A stretch of DNA of 64,000 bases from an uncultured Mycoplasmatota bacterium (GTDB lineage Bacteria > Bacillota_I > Bacilli_A > RF39 > UBA660). Where the stretch lies: NCBI GenBank assembly GCA_900547995.1, contig URIY01000001.1, forward strand, positions 2,912 through 66,911. The letters run 5' to 3'. Shown here in pieces: positions 61,729 through 64,000 of the stretch. The position numbers were made by a program, and so were the translations under genes. Under the pieces are notes generated by a model. The model worked only from the letters and a program-made list of their open reading frames with translations, did no database searches and was not told the origin of the DNA. Position 1 is the stretch's first letter; each line of letters begins with the position of its first letter.

Positions 61729-62811
61729 ATGCATAAATATAAAGTATGTGTATATGCGATTAGTAAAAATGAATCTAAGTTTGTTGATAGATGGATTGAC
61801 TCTATGCAAGAAGCCGATAAAATATTTGTATTAGATACAGGTTCAACTGATGATACTATAGATAAGTTAAAAACAAGAGGTGTAGTTGTAGAAACAAAAG
61901 TATTTAATACATGGCGATTTGATAATGCAAGAAATGCATCACTTGATATGGTTGATATAGATACAGATATATGTGTTTGTACAGATTTAGATGAAGTATT
62001 AGAAAAAGGATGGCGTCAGAAATTAGAAGATGCATGGAATGATAAAGTAACAAGAGCAAGATATAATTATAATTGGAAATTAGATGAAAAAGGAAACCCA
62101 ATTGTTAATTTTTACACTGATAAAATACATAAAAGATGTGGTTATAAATGGACACATCCTGTTCATGAGGTTTTGAAATATAACAAAGATTATGAAAATA
62201 TTATTACAATTGATGGTATTGTTTTAAATCATTATCCTGATGTTTTCAAATCAAGAGGTAGTTATTTATCATTACTTGAATTATCTGTAGAAGAAGATCC
62301 AGAAGATGATCGAAATATGCATTATTTAGGTAGAGAGTATATGTATCATCAAAGGTGGAATGAATGTATTGATACCTTAATAAGGCATTTAAGTTTAAAG
62401 AGTGCAACATGGAGAGATGAACGATGTGCTTCAATGCGATTTATTTCAAGATCATACCAAGCGTTAAATAGATATGAAGAAGCAAGAATGTGGTTAGATA
62501 AAGCCATTAATGAGGCACCTTATTTAAGAGACCCTTATATTGAAAGAGCCATATTAGAATATAAACAAAATAATTATAAGGATGTTATTAAATATGCCGA
62601 AGAAGCCTTAAAAATAACAAATCATGATAAAACATATATAAATGAAGTATTTAGTTGGGATAATACCGTTTATGATTTATTATCAGTTGCCTATTTTAAT
62701 GAAGGAAAGATGGATAAGGCTTTAGAAAATGTTAATTTGGCTTTGAAAATGGATAAAGATAATAAAAGATTACAAAATAATAAAAGAATAATTGAAAATG
62801 TGATAAAATAA
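61729..62811 (+). CDS. family-2 glycosyltransferase domain fused to C-terminal TPR repeats (start at MHKYKV with AAGGAAAG RBS; track ORF starts upstream at 61666)
   Basis: N-terminus KVCVYAISKNESKFVDRWIDS...LDTGSTDDT (GT2 DxD-type), C-terminal TPR-like helices (...YFNEGKMDKALENVNLALKMDKDNKRL). Confidence 0.55.
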   Translation: MHKYKVCVYAISKNESKFVDRWIDSMQEADKIFVLDTGSTDDTIDKLKTRGVVVETKVFNTWRFDNARNASLDMVDIDTDICVCTDLDEVLEKGWRQKLEDAWNDKVTRARYNYNWKLDEKGNPIVNFYTDKIHKRCGYKWTHPVHEVLKYNKDYENIITIDGIVLNHYPDVFKSRGSYLSLLELSVEEDPEDDRNMHYLGREYMYHQRWNECIDTLIRHLSLKSATWRDERCASMRFISRSYQALNRYEEARMWLDKAINEAPYLRDPYIERAILEYKQNNYKDVIKYAEEALKITNHDKTYINEVFSWDNTVYDLLSVAYFNEGKMDKALENVNLALKMDKDNKRLQNNKRIIENVIK

Positions 62812-62833
62812 TATATAGGATAGGTGAATAATT

Positions 62834-64000
62834 ATGAAGATATGTATTAAAAATGGTACTTTAATTTCTATGTCAAACAGTAGAGAAAAAATAGAAAAAA
62901 ATATTGATATTTTAATAGAAGATAATAAAATTGTTAAAATGGAAAGAAATATAAATACAGATGAAAATATGAAAGTAATTGATGCGACTAATAAAGTTGT
63001 TATGCCAGGGTTAATTAATACTCATGCTCATTTACCAATGAGTATTTTTAGAGAAACAATTGATGGATACACTCTTCAAGATTGGCTTACTAAAAAAATA
63101 TGGCCAATGGAAGATAAATTAACAGAGGAAGATATATATTATGCATCATATTTATCAAATATTGAAATGATAAAGGGTGGAACAACAACTATCAATGATA
63201 TGTATTTTATGACAAATAGTATTATTAAAGCTGCTATAGATAGTGGTGTTAGGATTCAAACAACAAGAACATTAATGGGAAATGCTGATAATAAAAATGA
63301 TTTGGATAGACTTAAAGAATTAGAAACGATTATTAATCAAAATAAACATGATCGAATAACTTTTAATATAGGTGTTCATGGTTTATACACAACATATGAA
63401 AATTATTTTGACAAATGTTTACAACTTGCCGATAAATATAATTTACCAATTCATATGCATTTTTGTGAAAATGAAACTGAAAAAAAAGATATTATAAATA
63501 TGTATAATAAGAAACCCATATCTATTTTAAAGGAAAAATTAAATGGTAAGAAAGCAATTCTTGCTCATTGTGTAAAATTATCTAAAGAAGAAATAGAGGA
63601 GTTGGCTAAAGAAAATATTAGTGTTTCACATTGCCCTGTTAGTAATTTAAAACTAGGTTGTGGTATTGCTGATATAAATGAAATGTATCATAATAAGATT
63701 AACATATCTCTTGGAACAGATGGGCAGGGAAGCGGTAGCAATCTAGATATGTTTGAGACTATGAAATATACAGCTCTTTTACAAAAGGGAATTAAAGAAG
63801 ACCCAACCATTATGAATGCTTATGATGTTATGTGTATGGCAACTATTAACGGAGCTAAAGCGCTAGGATTAGAAGAGAAAATAGGTAGTATAGATGTAAA
63901 TAAATTAGCCGATATTATTATAATTGATTTAGAAGACATTAAATTAAAACCAATTAATAATATCTTTTCTGAAATAGTTTATAATGTAAAGTCTAACAAT
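62834..64000 (+). CDS. amidohydrolase-family deaminase, MtaD-like (5'-methylthioadenosine/S-adenosylhomocysteine deaminase family); 3' end truncated by the window
   Basis: Manual translation MKICIKNGTLISM...VVMPGLINTHAHLPMS...HMHFCE...HCV...GTDGQGS: metal-dependent amidohydrolase motifs (HxH, His, Asp). Not in the ORF track because it is truncated. Confidence 0.6.
   Translation, partial: MKICIKNGTLISMSNSREKIEKNIDILIEDNKIVKMERNINTDENMKVIDATNKVVMPGLINTHAHLPMSIFRETIDGYTLQDWLTKKIWPMEDKLTEEDIYYASYLSNIEMIKGGTTTINDMYFMTNSIIKAAIDSGVRIQTTRTLMGNADNKNDLDRLKELETIINQNKHDRITFNIGVHGLYTTYENYFDKCLQLADKYNLPIHMHFCENETEKKDIINMYNKKPISILKEKLNGKKAILAHCVKLSKEEIEELAKENISVSHCPVSNLKLGCGIADINEMYHNKINISLGTDGQGSGSNLDMFETMKYTALLQKGIKEDPTIMNAYDVMCMATINGAKALGLEEKIGSIDVNKLADIIIIDLEDIKLKPINNIFSEIVYNVKSNN

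Overview
Chromosomal origin-of-replication region of a very AT-rich (roughly 28% GC) low-GC Firmicute, probably a spore-former of the Bacilli/Erysipelotrichia type: SpoVT, a BofA-like protein and Noc are all present. The backbone has the classic Firmicute origin synteny. Left of the origin, on the minus strand: dnaA-dnaN-(ComK-like)-recF-gyrB-gyrA, then tadA-SRP RNA-dnaX-ybaB-recR-bofA-holB-ricT-rsmI-pth-mfd-spoVT-dut-metG-tatD-rsmA-ung-tilS-ftsH-soj-spo0J. Right of the origin, on the plus strand: rpmH-rnpA-yidC-jag-mnmE-mnmG-rsmG-noc. oriC is placed by two DnaA-box clusters, one in dnaA-rpmH and one in dnaA-dnaN. Gene orientation flips at about 48.0 kb, consistent with co-orientation with replication. 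The left 8 kb is a horizontally acquired integrative/mobilizable element (large serine recombinase + MobV relaxase, next to tRNA-His) carrying apparent anti-phage/defence cargo. That cargo is a Lamassu-like pair (PD-(D/E)xK nuclease + SMC/Rad50-like ATPase with a CPYC zinc hook, truncated by the window edge), a PemK/MazF-like domain fused to an unknown N-terminal domain, and an unknown 266-aa protein. The most striking backbone signal is a dense array of five perfect parS palindromes (core TGTTTCACGTGAAACA) within about 1.06 kb, immediately downstream of gyrA, which sandwich an orphan 209-aa ORF. Other notable items: one perfect Noc-binding site (ATTTCCCGGGAAAT) inside rsmI; a Noc/ParB-family protein with a roughly 400-aa N/Q-rich disordered tail; three tandem paralogous small membrane proteins with near-identical duplicated flanks plus a DUF1292 gene; FtsH with a C-terminal Rho_N-like motif; a T-box leader upstream of dut-metG; a small-type SRP RNA; an IS91-family (HUH-Y2) transposase with a coupled small zinc-ribbon ORF; and a three-gene cluster (Cthe_2159-like beta-helix carbohydrate-binding protein, DUF4956, VTC domain). 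No rRNA and no CRISPR array was seen.
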